NCBI GenBank assembly: GCA_003695705.1
Contig: RFHU01000219.1
Coordinates: forward strand, 15,825-79,824
DNA: 64,000 nt
DNA from: Planctomycetota bacterium
GTDB taxonomy: Bacteria > Planctomycetota > J058
Reading direction: 5' to 3'
The notes below the pieces were generated by a model that saw nothing but the letters and a program-made list of their open reading frames with translations, ran no database searches and was not told the DNA's origin. Positions within the stretch are counted from its first letter, which is position 1. Every line of letters starts with the position of its first letter. The translations under genes and the position numbers were made by a program. Positions 53,358-62,904 of this stretch are shown one piece after another.

Positions 53358-54878
53358 TCAGCGCTCCGCCGGTAGGGTCCCGCGGTCCAGGGGCAGATGC
53401 ACCTTGAAGCAGGTGCCCGCTCCAACCTCGCTCTCGCACTCGATGCGTCCACCGAGTTCTTCGATGACCCGGCGGGTGATGTAGAGGCCGAGGCCCGTGC
53501 CGTGCCCCTTGGTGGTGAAGAAGGGCTTCCAAATGCGTTCGAGCCGCGCCGCAGGAATGCCCGGCCCCTCATCGGTCACCGCGATGACCACGTAGTCGCC
53601 CTCGGTGCCGGTGGACACCCGGAGCCGGCGCCGTTCGGGCTCTACTTCCATCAAGGCATGCACGGCGTTCACGATGAGGTTGATCAGTCCCTGCTGGAGC
53701 TTCGCCGGTTCGATGCGCACCTGCGGCTGGCTGGGGTCGAGGGCTAGGTCGAGTTCCACCTTGTCGGTTCCGAGATGCTTCCCCATGAGGCCAATGGTCT
53801 TCTCGATGAGGCGATTGACGCTCTCGCGCACGCGGTGCGACGTAGGCCCCTGTCGGGAATACTGGAGCATGTTGTTGGCGATGGTCTGGGCGCTGATCCC
53901 GGCGTCGAGGACCATGTCGAAGATCATGCGGATCTCGGCGCCGAGCTCCCGCAGTTGGTCCCTCGCCGGCCCCGGCGGCGCGTCGTCGGCGGCCTTCTCC
54001 GCCGTCTCGGCGAGTTCGAGGCCCATTTCCGCGCAGCCGGTGACGCTGGTGAGGGTGTTGTTGATCTCGTGCGCGATGGAAGCCAGGAGGCTCCCCAGCG
54101 TGGCGAGGCGCTCCTGGTGAACGAGCTGCCGCTCGAGCAGCCGCTCCGTGGATCGGTCCGCGACCACGGCCACGGCGCCGGCTGCCTTCCCGTCGGCCCC
54201 CCTCAAGACCGAAGCCGACACGTCGAGGACGACCCGCTGCTCCTCGGCCTCGTAGGCGATGGTGTCCGCCTGGGTCTCTCCGGAACTGAGCGTCTCCACC
54301 AACAAGGCCAGCAGCTTGGGGGCCGCGCTTCCGTCGAGTCTTCCCGCGACGTCCGATTCGCCGAGGATTTGCGCTGCCACGGGGTTTCGGAGCCGAATGC
54401 GTCCCTCGTGGTCGATGACCACGATGCCCTGGCGAACGCTGTCGATGACGTCGGCGTAGAACTTGCTCAGGCGCTGGTTCTCCCGCAGGACTTCGACGCG
54501 TTCGGCCTCGACCCGCGCCCTCGCCGCCGCGCGGGCCAGGAGGTCCTCGAGGACCTCGGCCATGTCGCGGGACAGCTCACCGCCCGTGCTCAGGGCGACG
54601 TAACCGAGCGCTCCCCGGGCGAAGGCTCGGCCGGCCGCCAAGGCGGTCGCGTCCTCCCCGTAGGCGATGAGCGGCAGTTGGGGCGAGCGGCGCCGGACTT
54701 CCTCCAGCAGGGGTGGGTCCGCGGCGAGGGGGCAGAGCACGGCGTCGACCCGGCGCGCCCGGACCCACTCCCACGCCGCCGGCGCTGGCTCGATGCGCAC
54801 CTCATGGCCCAGGTCCGCGAGGAGGCGGTCGAGCCCGCTCGCCGCCCCGTCCTCTCCCTCGATTCGGAGCAGCTTCAC
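53358..54878 (-). CDS. Sensor histidine kinase with an N-terminal receiver-like domain, PAS-like region, HisKA and HATPase_c
   Basis: GTG start. The H-box is [12 protein letters not shown]. The G-box is [22 protein letters not shown]-like block is [12 protein letters not shown]. Confidence 0.7.
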   Translation of the reverse strand: MKLLRIEGEDGAASGLDRLLADLGHEVRIEPAPAAWEWVRARRVDAVLCPLAADPPLLEEVRRRSPQLPLIAYGEDATALAAGRAFARGALGYVALSTGGELSRDMAEVLEDLLARAAARARVEAERVEVLRENQRLSKFYADVIDSVRQGIVVIDHEGRIRLRNPVAAQILGESDVAGRLDGSAAPKLLALLVETLSSGETQADTIAYEAEEQRVVLDVSASVLRGADGKAAGAVAVVADRSTERLLERQLVHQERLATLGSLLASIAHEINNTLTSVTGCAEMGLELAETAEKAADDAPPGPARDQLRELGAEIRMIFDMVLDAGISAQTIANNMLQYSRQGPTSHRVRESVNRLIEKTIGLMGKHLGTDKVELDLALDPSQPQVRIEPAKLQQGLINLIVNAVHALMEVEPERRRLRVSTGTEGDYVVIAVTDEGPGIPAARLERIWKPFFTTKGHGTGLGLYITRRVIEELGGRIECESEVGAGTCFKVHLPLDRGTLPAER

Positions 54879-54946
54879 CGCAGCTACGCTACCCCCGAAG
54901 CACCTGCGGTGCCAGGGGTGCCTTCCGTCACGGTCCCGTGGCGGGT

Positions 54947-56410
54947 ATGGTCGTGCTTGCGGAAGGCTCCGTGAGCGCACGCATTGCCCTGGTCGAAGAC
55001 AGCGAAGTCGTTCGGCGGTTCGCCTTGCGGCTCTTGCGCAGCAAGGGCTTCGAGGTGAGCGAGCATCCGGATGGCGCGCACGCCCTCGAACACGTCCTCG
55101 CCGATCCCCCCGACCTGGTGATCTCGGACATTCAGATGCCGCGGCTGGATGGCCTCGAACTCACTCGGAAGCTGCGGGAGACCTTCGACAAGCGGCGTCT
55201 GCCCATCATTCTGGTCTCGGTGCTCAGCGAGGAGGAGGACATCGTTTCAGGCTTCGAGGCCGGTGCCAACGACTACCTCGTCAAGCCCTACCGCACGAGC
55301 GAACTCCTGGCGAAGATCTCCATCCTCCTGCGCGAGCGGGACTTCCTACGCAAGGCCGACGAGCCGGCGCCCCCTCCCCCCACCGCACGCACCGCGCGCA
55401 GCGAAGGCGACGAAGGCCTCGCTGATGACGACACCCGCCCCCAGATCAAGGCCGCGGCCAGCCCGCGCTACTTCTTCGACAAGTACGTGGTCACCCGCGA
55501 ATTCGGTCGCGGGGGCATGGGGACGGTCTACAAGGCCATCCGCCGGGAAGACGACTTGCCGGTCGCCTTGAAGATCCTCGCCCCACGGCTCTCCGAGAAC
55601 CGGACTGCCATCGCTCGGTTCCTGCGCGAGTGCCGTGTGCTCGCGGGCCTCCACTCGGAGCACGTGGTGCGCGTCCTCGATCACGGCTACGACGCCGGCC
55701 GCTACTTCCTCGTCATGGAGGCGGTCGAGGGCGACTCCCTCGACCGCATCGTTCTCCGCGACGGGCCCCTGGGCCAGGTGGAGGCGGCAGAAGTCTTCGC
55801 CCAAGTCGCTCGCGCGCTGCAGGACCTCAGCGACCAGGGCCTCGTTCACCGCGACGTCAAGCCGGCGAACATCATTCGTCGCCACGAGGACGGCAAGGTG
55901 AAACTCGTCGATTTCGGTCTCGCCAAACGGGTCAACGAGGCGAGCAGCCTCACCGACACCGGATACGCCCTGGGGACCTCCTACTACGTGGCGCCCGAGG
56001 TGATCGAGGGCGCAAAGGCCGACGAACGCAGCGACCTGTTCGCCGTCGGGGTGAGCCTCTTCGAGGTCGTGACGGGCCGCCGCCCCTTCTCGGGTGTCGT
56101 TCCCTACCAGATCTTCAAGCGCATCGTTTCGGGCCCTACTCCTGATCCCACCGAATTCCGCGCGGACCTCAGCCCCGGCCTCGTAGCCGTCATCAACCGC
56201 CTGCTCGCCCGTGACCTCTCGGAACGCTACGCCTGCGGCGCCGAGGTCGAGCAAGACCTGCGCGCCTGGCTCGAGAGCGAGGAGGCCAAGGCCCTTCGCG
56301 AGAACCAGGAGGAACCGACTCGCGCCTTCGGCCGACCCGCCGATCCCGGCGTCTCGACCGAGGAGGCGGGTGCCGAAGCCGCCGCGGGGTTCGACGAAGC
56401 GGAGCCCTGA
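54947..56410 (+). CDS. Response-regulator receiver fused to an active-looking Ser/Thr protein kinase
   Basis: The REC domain is IALVEDS...LVISDIQMPRLDG...LVKP. The kinase has the Gly-loop GRGGMGTVYKA, VALKIL, HRDVKPANI, DFGLAK and APE. It is transcribed divergently from the histidine kinase. Confidence 0.8.
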   Translation: MVVLAEGSVSARIALVEDSEVVRRFALRLLRSKGFEVSEHPDGAHALEHVLADPPDLVISDIQMPRLDGLELTRKLRETFDKRRLPIILVSVLSEEEDIVSGFEAGANDYLVKPYRTSELLAKISILLRERDFLRKADEPAPPPPTARTARSEGDEGLADDDTRPQIKAAASPRYFFDKYVVTREFGRGGMGTVYKAIRREDDLPVALKILAPRLSENRTAIARFLRECRVLAGLHSEHVVRVLDHGYDAGRYFLVMEAVEGDSLDRIVLRDGPLGQVEAAEVFAQVARALQDLSDQGLVHRDVKPANIIRRHEDGKVKLVDFGLAKRVNEASSLTDTGYALGTSYYVAPEVIEGAKADERSDLFAVGVSLFEVVTGRRPFSGVVPYQIFKRIVSGPTPDPTEFRADLSPGLVAVINRLLARDLSERYACGAEVEQDLRAWLESEEAKALRENQEEPTRAFGRPADPGVSTEEAGAEAAAGFDEAEP

Positions 56411-56662
56411 GTTCTCGGCGCGGCGCCTGCCCGGAAGGGCGGAGGTCGGGCCCGAACTCCGTGGCGAAGCCGCTGCGAGGCACGAGGGGACCCCGCAACC
56501 TTCCGGCCGGGCGGCGACGGCCGCCGTCGGTGTTCTCCACAGCAGAACTCCGGCCGCCGAGGCGGCAGGAAGTCCGTGGCGTCCCCTTCCGCGACCATCC
56601 AAGTCGGGGCGCCGGGTTTCGCGGCCCAGGCGGGGCAGCACGGTCCAGCGCGACCCGGGGGC

Positions 56663-57685
56663 CTACCGAGCCGCAGGTTCCTCTTCTTCCTCGGGCGGTG
56701 GGACGAAGTTCGGAGCGCCGTCCTCGAGGAACACTCCGATGCGACGGATTTTCTCGTAGCGCTGTTCCAGGAGTCGCTCGGTGGGCAGGCGGCACACCTC
56801 CTCGAGTTGCCGCGCGAGCGCCTCCTCGACGAGGCGGCAGGCTGCGCCGATGGAAGTCTGCGCGCCGCCCGGAGGTTCGGCCACGATCTCGTCGATGATC
56901 CGGAAGCGCAGCAGATCCTTGGCGGTGAGCTTGAGGATGGCGGCAGCCCGCGGCGCATGGTCCGCAGACTTCCAGAGGATCGAGGAGCAACCTTCGGGAG
57001 AAATGACCGAGTAGTAGGCGTTCTCCATCATCAACAAGCGGTCGCCGACGCCGATTCCCAGAGCGCCACCACTCCCGCCTTCGCCGATCACGAGGCACAC
57101 GATGGGAGTCCGCAGGCGCGACATCTCGAGAATGTTGCGGGCGATGGCCTGCGCCTGTCCCCTCTCCTCGGCCCCGACTCCGGGGTAGGCCCCCGGAGTG
57201 TCGATGAACGTGAGGATCGGAATGCGGTATTTCTCGGCCAGGCGCATCTTCGCGAGGGCCTTCCGATAGCCCTCGGGATGTGCGCTCCCGAAGTTGCAGC
57301 GGATGCGCTCCTTGGTGTTCTTCCCCTTGCGGTGGCCCACGAGCAACACCGAGCGCCCCTGGAACTTGGCCAGCCCCGTGTAGATGGCGTGGTCGTCACC
57401 GAAGGCCATGTCGCCATGCAATTCGAGGGGCTCTTCGAACAGGTTCGCGAGGTAGTCCGAGAACAGAGGCCGCCCGGGGTGTCGAGCGAGTTGGATCCGT
57501 TCCCAGGCGCTGAGGTTCGCCACGACCTCCTTCTGGAGTTCGATGCACCGCGCCTTCAACTGGTCGATTTGCCCGGAGAGGTCGATCTCGGTGGAGGCCG
57601 CGAAGCTCTCCAGTTCCTCGATCTTCCGCTGCAGTTCGACGATGGGCCCTTCGAAGCTGAGTTCTCCTGAAGTCGTCTCCGCCAA
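56663..57685 (-). CDS. accA: Acetyl-CoA carboxylase carboxyltransferase alpha subunit
   Basis: AccA blocks are LVGHRKGKNTKERIRCNFG, IDTPGAYPG and IGEGGSGGALGIGV. Confidence 0.9.
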   Translation of the reverse strand: MAETTSGELSFEGPIVELQRKIEELESFAASTEIDLSGQIDQLKARCIELQKEVVANLSAWERIQLARHPGRPLFSDYLANLFEEPLELHGDMAFGDDHAIYTGLAKFQGRSVLLVGHRKGKNTKERIRCNFGSAHPEGYRKALAKMRLAEKYRIPILTFIDTPGAYPGVGAEERGQAQAIARNILEMSRLRTPIVCLVIGEGGSGGALGIGVGDRLLMMENAYYSVISPEGCSSILWKSADHAPRAAAILKLTAKDLLRFRIIDEIVAEPPGGAQTSIGAACRLVEEALARQLEEVCRLPTERLLEQRYEKIRRIGVFLEDGAPNFVPPPEEEEEPAAR

Positions 57686-57808
57686 GGCTCTACTCCTGCC
57701 GGCGGATCCTACCTTTGCCTCAGAGGGGGCACCAGAGCCAAACCCACCCCGGGGGGAATCGAGGGAGGTCGGGCGACGGAGGGTCGGGGGGGCCCGGAGG
57801 CCTCCAGC

Positions 57809-60800
57809 TCAACGCTGCTCTGGTCCGGGGAGGGCCTCGGCTTCGGACGAGGCGACGGCCGCGGCGCGCTCCTCCGTCCAGCCTGGATCGAGGATTCCCT
57901 TGACGACCAGCTCGTCGATGGCCACCTCGGAGGCGAACGGGCTGAAGCCGATCGCCCCGGGAGCGTCCCAGCCCGCAGTCGGTTCGACGGCGTAGATCGT
58001 GCGGCTGCCGATCTTGAAGCGCACCTTGCCCTTGCTGGTCCGCTGGAGGACGAAGCGTGTTCGCCGCGGCTTGAGCTGCGGCTTCGCTTCCGCAGCCAAC
58101 ACGCCGCGCATGCGAGGACTCGGAGCGAGGCCGTCGAGGGGCAGGAAGACGTTGGCCGGTAGGTCCACGACGTAGCCTCCCTTCTTCCGTGCCGCAGCGT
58201 CGATCTTGATTTCCTTCATGGTCCCGTAACGGAAGCCGCCTCCCGCCAGGTGCCCGCGCCATCCGGGGCCGCTGCCGATGAGGAGGTTGACGTTGGCGGC
58301 GCCCCCTGCGCGGGGCGTGGCCCGCAGGTCCAGCTTGATCTCCCCTCCCGCGAAGCGCGCCACGTGGAGGACCTTGCCGCTCACGATCAACTCCCCGTCC
58401 CGCACCTCGCGGCGCGAGCGGGGCGCCACTTGCAGGTCGAGGACGAAGTCCTCCGCCTGCTCGGGCGCAGCGAAGTCGTATTCGAGGGTCACTCTCCCCT
58501 TTCGATCGAAGGAGACCTGGCCCCGGAACAAGCTCCCAGGGGTTTCGCGGAGCTGCTGCGCGCGCGCCTCGCGGTAGCGCACCTTCAGTTCCTCGAAGCG
58601 CCGCCGATAGGCATCGGCGCGGCGCACCGCCCTGGGGGGAGCCTTGAGTTCCGCAACGACCTCTGCGGGCGGTCGGCCGGGCGCCAGCGCACGATCCAGC
58701 CACAGCCGGGCCCGCTCCTCGGCGAGACGGTCGGCCTCGGCTGCGACCCGCGCGGACAGTTCCGGATCCTGCCGTCCCGTGGCAGCCTCCCAAGCCTTCA
58801 GTGCGGCGCGCGCTGCCTGCGGTGCCCCGCGCGCGAGGAGGAGGAGGGCGTTGGCGCGGCCCTTGCCGGCGGGCAACCCGAGCCGGACCAACCAGTCGGC
58901 GCGGGCTTCGGCGAGCGGGACGCGGCGGACGCCCCCACCATCGAGTTCGAAGTCGCCGACCCACTCCTTCTCGTCGACCGAGATCCAGTGGCCTCGCAGG
59001 GCCTGCCCGTCCGCCAAGGGGAACTCGGTGGGGCCGGCCCGGGGGAGGGCTCGCAGCGCAGCGGCGTACGCGCGGCGCGCCTCTTCGAACGAGGCGAGAT
59101 CGGCGAGGTCCCGCTCCAGGAGTTCCCGGGCGGGCGCCGAGGCCGGATCCCCGAGGGCGTCCTCGAGGAGCCGTCGAGCGGCGTCGGGGTGCCCCTCCCG
59201 CAGCGTCTGGAAGGCGCGGTCGCGCGCACGCGCTCGCAGCGCGCGTGCGTTCGCTCGCGCGCGCTCGACCAGGCGCTTGCGGGCGCGCTCGGCGAGCGGA
59301 CCTTCCGGGAGCACCTCCGCGAGCTGCTCCAGTTCGGCATACGCGGCTTCCTCGCCCGCGTCCACGCGCGCAAGGGCAGTCTTCAGCCGCGCGTCCGCCT
59401 GCTCGGTGACCGAGGCGCGCAGCCGGGCCAAGCGCGCTGCCAACTGCGGAACGTGTCGAGGTTTCCACCGCGCTGCGAAGGCGTTCACCTCCTCCAGGGC
59501 GGCGCGGTAGTCGCCTGCGTCCAGTTGGCGCAGCACCTCCTGCGCGAGCCTCCCGAGGGCGCTCGTCGCGGCCTCCTGCAGCGACTCTGCGAGGGCGTCC
59601 ATTTCGGCCTCGGCCTGCCGAGCAACGGGGGAGGCCGGGAAGCGGGAGACGACGCGAGCGAACCGATCCCGAGCCCCCCAGGGGTCGTCGGGGTGCCGGT
59701 CTTGGTATTCGCGTGCGCTGCGGAACAGTGCGCGGGCCTCCTTCAGCTCCGGATCCCCCTCGTCGCCTCCCGCGACGGGCTGAGGCTCGACGTCCAGGTC
59801 GGCGCCCCCCGTACCCTGAGGGGGAGCGGGCACGCGGTCCGGAGCAGTTCCTCCTCCCACGGCGGGCGCCGGCTCCCCCGCCGTGCTCGACGCGATCGCA
59901 CCCGCTCCCTCCGCCCCTTCGCCGGACCTGCCGGTCTCGGAAACGGCCCCCTCCCCGCCTCCGAAGAGCGCCAGGAGCACCCCGCCGCCCACGCCGAGGC
60001 ACGCGGCAGCAAGGCCGGCGAGGCCTGCGACGCTTGCGCGCGACCTGCGCGTGCGCTGGGCAACCCCGTTTCCGCGCGCGTTGCGGGCCTGCAAGAGGCG
60101 CTCCTCGAAAGCCCGCACGCTTGGTAGGCGGCGTTCGCGATCCTTGACGACCATGGCCTCGATGAGCCGCCGATACGGTTCCGGAACCGCAGCCAGTTTG
60201 GCGTCAAGGTCCGGGAAGGGTTCGCGCACTTGCTTGGCCATGATCGCGCGGGCCGTCTCCCCGTCGTAGGGAGGTTCGCCGGTGAGCATGTGGTAGAGGG
60301 TGGTCCCGAGCGAATAGATGTCGCTGCGCGGGTCGATGTCGGTCCGGCCGAGGGCCTGCTCCGGAGAGCAGTAGTACGGCGTCCCTTCCGTCGTCGCCGA
60401 CTTTTCGCCCGTTCCCGCCTCCTGTGCGGGCTTGGCGAGGCCGAGGTCGCAGAGCTTTGCCCGCCCGTCGGCGGTGAGCATGATGTTCTCCGGCTTGACG
60501 TCCCGGTGGACGAGGCCGGCGGCGTGTGCGTGGGCGAGGCCCATGGCGACGTCCTCGGCGATCGCGAAGGCCCGCTCGTAGTCGAAGACTTCGCCGCGAT
60601 CGAGGCGGTCGGCGACCGACTCTCCGTCGACGAATTCCATGACGAAGTAGTGGAGGCCGCCCGCCTCCCCAGCGTCGATGGCAGAGACCACGTTTTCGTG
60701 ATTCAGCTTCGCGGCGGCCTTTGCCTCGGCGAGGAACTTCGCCACGAAGGCCTCGTCCTTCGAGAGGCGCCGGGAAAGGATCTTGACGGCCACCGGGCGA

Positions 60801-61087
60801 TCCATGGAGAGTTGCCGGGCGCGGTAGACGACCCCCATGCCCCCGCGGCCCGCCTCGCCCTCGATGCGGTAGCCGGGGATGACCTCGGGGTCGAGGCGCT
60901 CCTTCACGGCGTGCGCTTGCTCGAGGGTCAGCGCCCCGCTTTCGACGAGGAGCCGCTGCAGGCTCTTCCCCTCGGCTCCGGTTCCTCGGCGCGCGAGGGC
61001 TCGTTCGACCGCCCCCTCGGAGACGAAGCCATCTCGGACCGCGAAGAGCGCGAAGAGGGCGTCCTCGGCGTCTCGACTCAGCTCCAC
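57809..61087 (-). CDS. Membrane Ser/Thr protein kinase with a large extracytoplasmic C-terminal region (about 1092 aa)
   Basis: The kinase motifs are GRGGMGVVYRA, VAVKIL, HRDVKPENIM, DLGLAK and SPE. One TM helix is LAGLAAACLGVGGGVLLAL. The C-terminus is helical/TPR-like followed by a beta-rich domain. Confidence 0.8.
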   Translation of the reverse strand: MELSRDAEDALFALFAVRDGFVSEGAVERALARRGTGAEGKSLQRLLVESGALTLEQAHAVKERLDPEVIPGYRIEGEAGRGGMGVVYRARQLSMDRPVAVKILSRRLSKDEAFVAKFLAEAKAAAKLNHENVVSAIDAGEAGGLHYFVMEFVDGESVADRLDRGEVFDYERAFAIAEDVAMGLAHAHAAGLVHRDVKPENIMLTADGRAKLCDLGLAKPAQEAGTGEKSATTEGTPYYCSPEQALGRTDIDPRSDIYSLGTTLYHMLTGEPPYDGETARAIMAKQVREPFPDLDAKLAAVPEPYRRLIEAMVVKDRERRLPSVRAFEERLLQARNARGNGVAQRTRRSRASVAGLAGLAAACLGVGGGVLLALFGGGEGAVSETGRSGEGAEGAGAIASSTAGEPAPAVGGGTAPDRVPAPPQGTGGADLDVEPQPVAGGDEGDPELKEARALFRSAREYQDRHPDDPWGARDRFARVVSRFPASPVARQAEAEMDALAESLQEAATSALGRLAQEVLRQLDAGDYRAALEEVNAFAARWKPRHVPQLAARLARLRASVTEQADARLKTALARVDAGEEAAYAELEQLAEVLPEGPLAERARKRLVERARANARALRARARDRAFQTLREGHPDAARRLLEDALGDPASAPARELLERDLADLASFEEARRAYAAALRALPRAGPTEFPLADGQALRGHWISVDEKEWVGDFELDGGGVRRVPLAEARADWLVRLGLPAGKGRANALLLLARGAPQAARAALKAWEAATGRQDPELSARVAAEADRLAEERARLWLDRALAPGRPPAEVVAELKAPPRAVRRADAYRRRFEELKVRYREARAQQLRETPGSLFRGQVSFDRKGRVTLEYDFAAPEQAEDFVLDLQVAPRSRREVRDGELIVSGKVLHVARFAGGEIKLDLRATPRAGGAANVNLLIGSGPGWRGHLAGGGFRYGTMKEIKIDAAARKKGGYVVDLPANVFLPLDGLAPSPRMRGVLAAEAKPQLKPRRTRFVLQRTSKGKVRFKIGSRTIYAVEPTAGWDAPGAIGFSPFASEVAIDELVVKGILDPGWTEERAAAVASSEAEALPGPEQR

Positions 61088-61218
61088 GGCGCCAGTCTAC
61101 TCGCTGACCGCGACTCCGGGTCGCGGGACGTGGGGGGGTTGCCGCCGCCCGTGGCCTGGCCCGATGGCGAACGGGGCGACCCCTGTCTGCGAGCGCGGGG
61201 GAACTTCGCGCCGAACGC

Positions 61219-62718
61219 TCAGGCGGCGCGCCGAGCCCGCTCGCGCAGCGCCGCGGCCGCCACCTCTCGGTCGTCGAAGGGCAACGCGGTTCCTGCGACG
61301 ATCTGCTCGCGTTCGTGGCCTTTGCCTGCGATGAGCACCAGGTCGGAGGGACGGGCAGCGGCAATGGCGGCGCCGATGGCTTCCCGGCGGTCCGGGTGGA
61401 CGCGGGCCCGCTTCGGTGCGCGAAGCCCCGCGAGGATCTCGGCGATGATCGCCTCCGGCTCTTCGCTGCGCGGGTTGTCCGAGGTGACCACGCACAGGTC
61501 GGCGGCCGCCTCCGCCGCTGCTCCCATGAGGGGGCGCTTCCCGCGGTCTCGATCGCCGCCGCAGCCGAAGACCACGATCAGGCGTCCTCCCGCCGGAACG
61601 AGTGGCCGAAGGGTCTCCGCCACCCGCCCCAAGGCGTCCGGCGTGTGCGCGTAGTCCACCAGTACGGTGGGGCCTGCGGGGGCGGGGACCCGTTCCAGGC
61701 GACCAGGCACCCCCGGGGCCCGACGCAAGCCCGCAAGCACCTCCTCGCCGTCGCAGCCGAGTGCCCAAGCCGCGGTGGCCGCGGCGAGGGCGTTCTCCAC
61801 GTTGAACCGTCCCACCAGGGGGAGGCGGAGCCTGCGCCGTCGACTCCCGAGCCGCAGGTCGAGTTCCGTCCCCGACAGGTCCTCGGCCAGCACCCGCGCG
61901 GCGACGTCTGCCTTTGCCGGGAGTCGCGCCCCGCCCGGGTCGTAGCGGAGCACATGGGCGGTCGTGCGTGCCGCGAGCACCTCGCTGGCCGGGTCGCGGG
62001 CGTTGAGCACGGCCACGCCGTCGGCAGGAAGGAGTTCGAAAAGGCGCGCCTTGGCGTCCAGGTAGCGCTCCAGGCTGCCGTGGTAGTCGAGGTGGTCGCG
62101 GGTGAGGTTCGTGAACACGCCGCAGCGAAAGCGCACGCCCGCCACCCGTCGCTGGTCCAGCGCGTGCGACGAGACCTCCATGACCAGGTCCCGCTCTCCG
62201 GCGGACCGAGCGGCGGCAAGGGCCTCGTGGAGTTCGGGGGCGTCGGGGGTGGTCATGCGGGCCGGCCGTGGGCGTCCGCCCACGCGGTTGACGACCGTCC
62301 CCAGCAGCCCGCAGCGCTGCCCGGCGGACTCGAAGAGCGCGGCGAGGAGGAAGCTCGTCGTGGTCTTGCCGTTGGTGCCGGTGACGCCGGTTACCCGAAC
62401 CGCCGCGGACGGGCGCCCCCGCAGGCGGTCGCAGAGGTGTCCCAGCGCGCTTGCGGCGTCCTGGACCACCAGGCAGGGAACGCCGAGCCCCGCGAGGGGG
62501 CGCTCCGCCACCACGGCCACGGCCCCGCGCGCGACCGCTTCCGCAGCGTAGCGCGCGCCGTCGACTCTCGTCCCCCGGACGGCCACGAACACGTCTCCGG
62601 CCCGAACGCGCCGCGAGTCGCCGCAGACGCCTTGCACGGGCAGGCGAGGAACCCGTTGCGACGAGAGGCCGGCCATGAGTTCGGGGAGGTAGGGAGTCGC
62701 TCGATCCGCGCCGCTCAC
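61219..62718 (-). CDS. murE: UDP-N-acetylmuramoyl-L-alanyl-D-glutamate--2,6-diaminopimelate ligase
   Basis: The Mur ligase P-loop is GVTGTNGKTTTSFL. The DNPR motif (TSDNPRSE) is typical of MurE. Confidence 0.9.
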   Translation of the reverse strand: MSGADRATPYLPELMAGLSSQRVPRLPVQGVCGDSRRVRAGDVFVAVRGTRVDGARYAAEAVARGAVAVVAERPLAGLGVPCLVVQDAASALGHLCDRLRGRPSAAVRVTGVTGTNGKTTTSFLLAALFESAGQRCGLLGTVVNRVGGRPRPARMTTPDAPELHEALAAARSAGERDLVMEVSSHALDQRRVAGVRFRCGVFTNLTRDHLDYHGSLERYLDAKARLFELLPADGVAVLNARDPASEVLAARTTAHVLRYDPGGARLPAKADVAARVLAEDLSGTELDLRLGSRRRRLRLPLVGRFNVENALAAATAAWALGCDGEEVLAGLRRAPGVPGRLERVPAPAGPTVLVDYAHTPDALGRVAETLRPLVPAGGRLIVVFGCGGDRDRGKRPLMGAAAEAAADLCVVTSDNPRSEEPEAIIAEILAGLRAPKRARVHPDRREAIGAAIAAARPSDLVLIAGKGHEREQIVAGTALPFDDREVAAAALRERARRAA

Positions 62719-62904
62719 GCCCTCTCTTCGGCCGACGGGGCCGCGTTCTGCAGAGGGAGATCTCGGGCGCGCTCTTCCTCTGCGGCGACCCTGCCGTCGC
62801 GAGTTCGGGTTCGGCCGTGCGGAGGGGGCCGCGGAGTTCCCCGAGGTCGCGAAGGCGCTGCGGTCCGACCGGCCGAGCGAGCCCCTCCGGCCTCGCAGGG
62901 GTCT

